Origin: Cetorhinus maximus | Taxonomy: Eukaryota | DNA: 64,000 nt | Assembly: GCF_964194155.1 (NCBI RefSeq) | Contig: NC_135901.1 | Coordinates: forward strand, 27,280,001 to 27,344,000 | Reading direction: 5' to 3' | Part shown: piece after piece, positions 63,001 to 64,000 of the stretch | Numbering within the stretch: position 1 is the stretch's first letter | Layout: each line of letters opens with the position of its first letter | The notes under the pieces: generated by a model | Seen by the model: only the letters and a program-made list of their open reading frames with translations | Databases searched by the model: none | What the model was told of the DNA's origin: nothing | Made by a program: the position numbers and the translations under genes

Positions 63001-64000
63001 CCCAGTATAACTGAATTTCATGACTTAATGATTATCTGTTTCATCACTGGGCTTTTAATACAAGATCAATATATTGTTAATGAAGAAAAGTTATAGGGTG
63101 TGAAACAGCTGCAGGAAGTCTTCTGTGAGAGTTAAAATGGATTCCTTGACCTTGTTACTTATAACAGTGAATACAGTGTGAAAGTGATGGATTTTTTAAA
63201 TTAAATGTGATTACCCATCCCTACCTCCAATTTCCTACATTACAACAGTGACTACACTTCAAAAGTGCTTCATCGGCTGTAAAACGCTTTAGGAGGTCAT
63301 GAGAGGTGCTATAGGAATGCATTTTTTTTGCCAATTATCCACAAATTTGGATATATTACACTCGGTCCCCACATCAACATCATTAATAAAAATGGAGTCT
63401 TAATTTTGTGGAATAACCATGTCTTTCACATAATTTCAAATACTCTGTGAAAATCCAAACACACTATATCCTGACTATAGTCTAACCATGATTCGAAACA
63501 AGTTGAACATAACCTCACTGGTTTTCAATTCTATCCCTCTAGAATGGAACCCTATATCTGGGCCCCACACTTTAGGAAAAATGTGAAGTTCTTATAGAGG
63601 GTGCAGAGGAGATTTACGAGAATGGCACCAGGGATGAAGGATTTCAGTCAATTGGAGAGACTGGAGCAGCTGAAATTTCTCTCTTTCGACCAAAGAGTCA
63701 TTCGACAGAGAAGGAGGCCATTCAGCCCATCGAATTAATGCCCACTCTCTGTAGAACAAACCAGTCAGTCCCACAGCTCCCTTCTATCCCCATAGCCCTG
63801 CAAGTCTATTTCCCTCAATTACCCAACCAATTCTATTTTGAAATCATTCATTGTCTCTACATCCACCACCCTCATAGACAGTGAGTTCCAGGTCACTGTG
63901 TAAAAATATTCTTCCTCACATGCCCCTGCATCTCCTGCCCAAAACCTTAAATTTATGTCCCCCTCGTCCTTGTACCATCAGCTGATGGGAACAGCTTTTC

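Overview
Eukaryotic, repeat-rich vertebrate DNA, most likely a cartilaginous fish (inferred from DeuSINE/SacSINE1-type SINEs, CR1 and Penelope relics, and the [14 protein letters not shown]-type zinc-finger proteins). The window is a cluster of eight paralogous C2H2 zinc-finger-only genes with no KRAB, SCAN or BTB domain visible: 4 open, 4 disrupted, plus a ninth relic. Each has a shared CCAAT/GC-box promoter, a non-coding exon 1, and an exon 2 whose 5' part is three stop-interrupted fossil fingers; six share a conserved 3' UTR. The genes lie mostly as head-to-head pairs, and an unexplained ~2 kb unit X with a 25-bp hairpin sits between tail-to-tail genes. The rest is nested CR1, Tx1, Penelope (with minimal hammerhead motifs), a GalEa-like copia LTR element and SINEs. 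The two most notable signals: (1) three different Tx1-like LINE 3' ends all joined at the TATA box of the copia-like LTR, suggesting a transposon that targets another transposon's promoter; (2) an in-frame stop exactly 13 codons upstream of the ATG in all eight ZNF paralogs. Coordinates were read by eye; repeat boundaries are approximate and family names are not database-verified.
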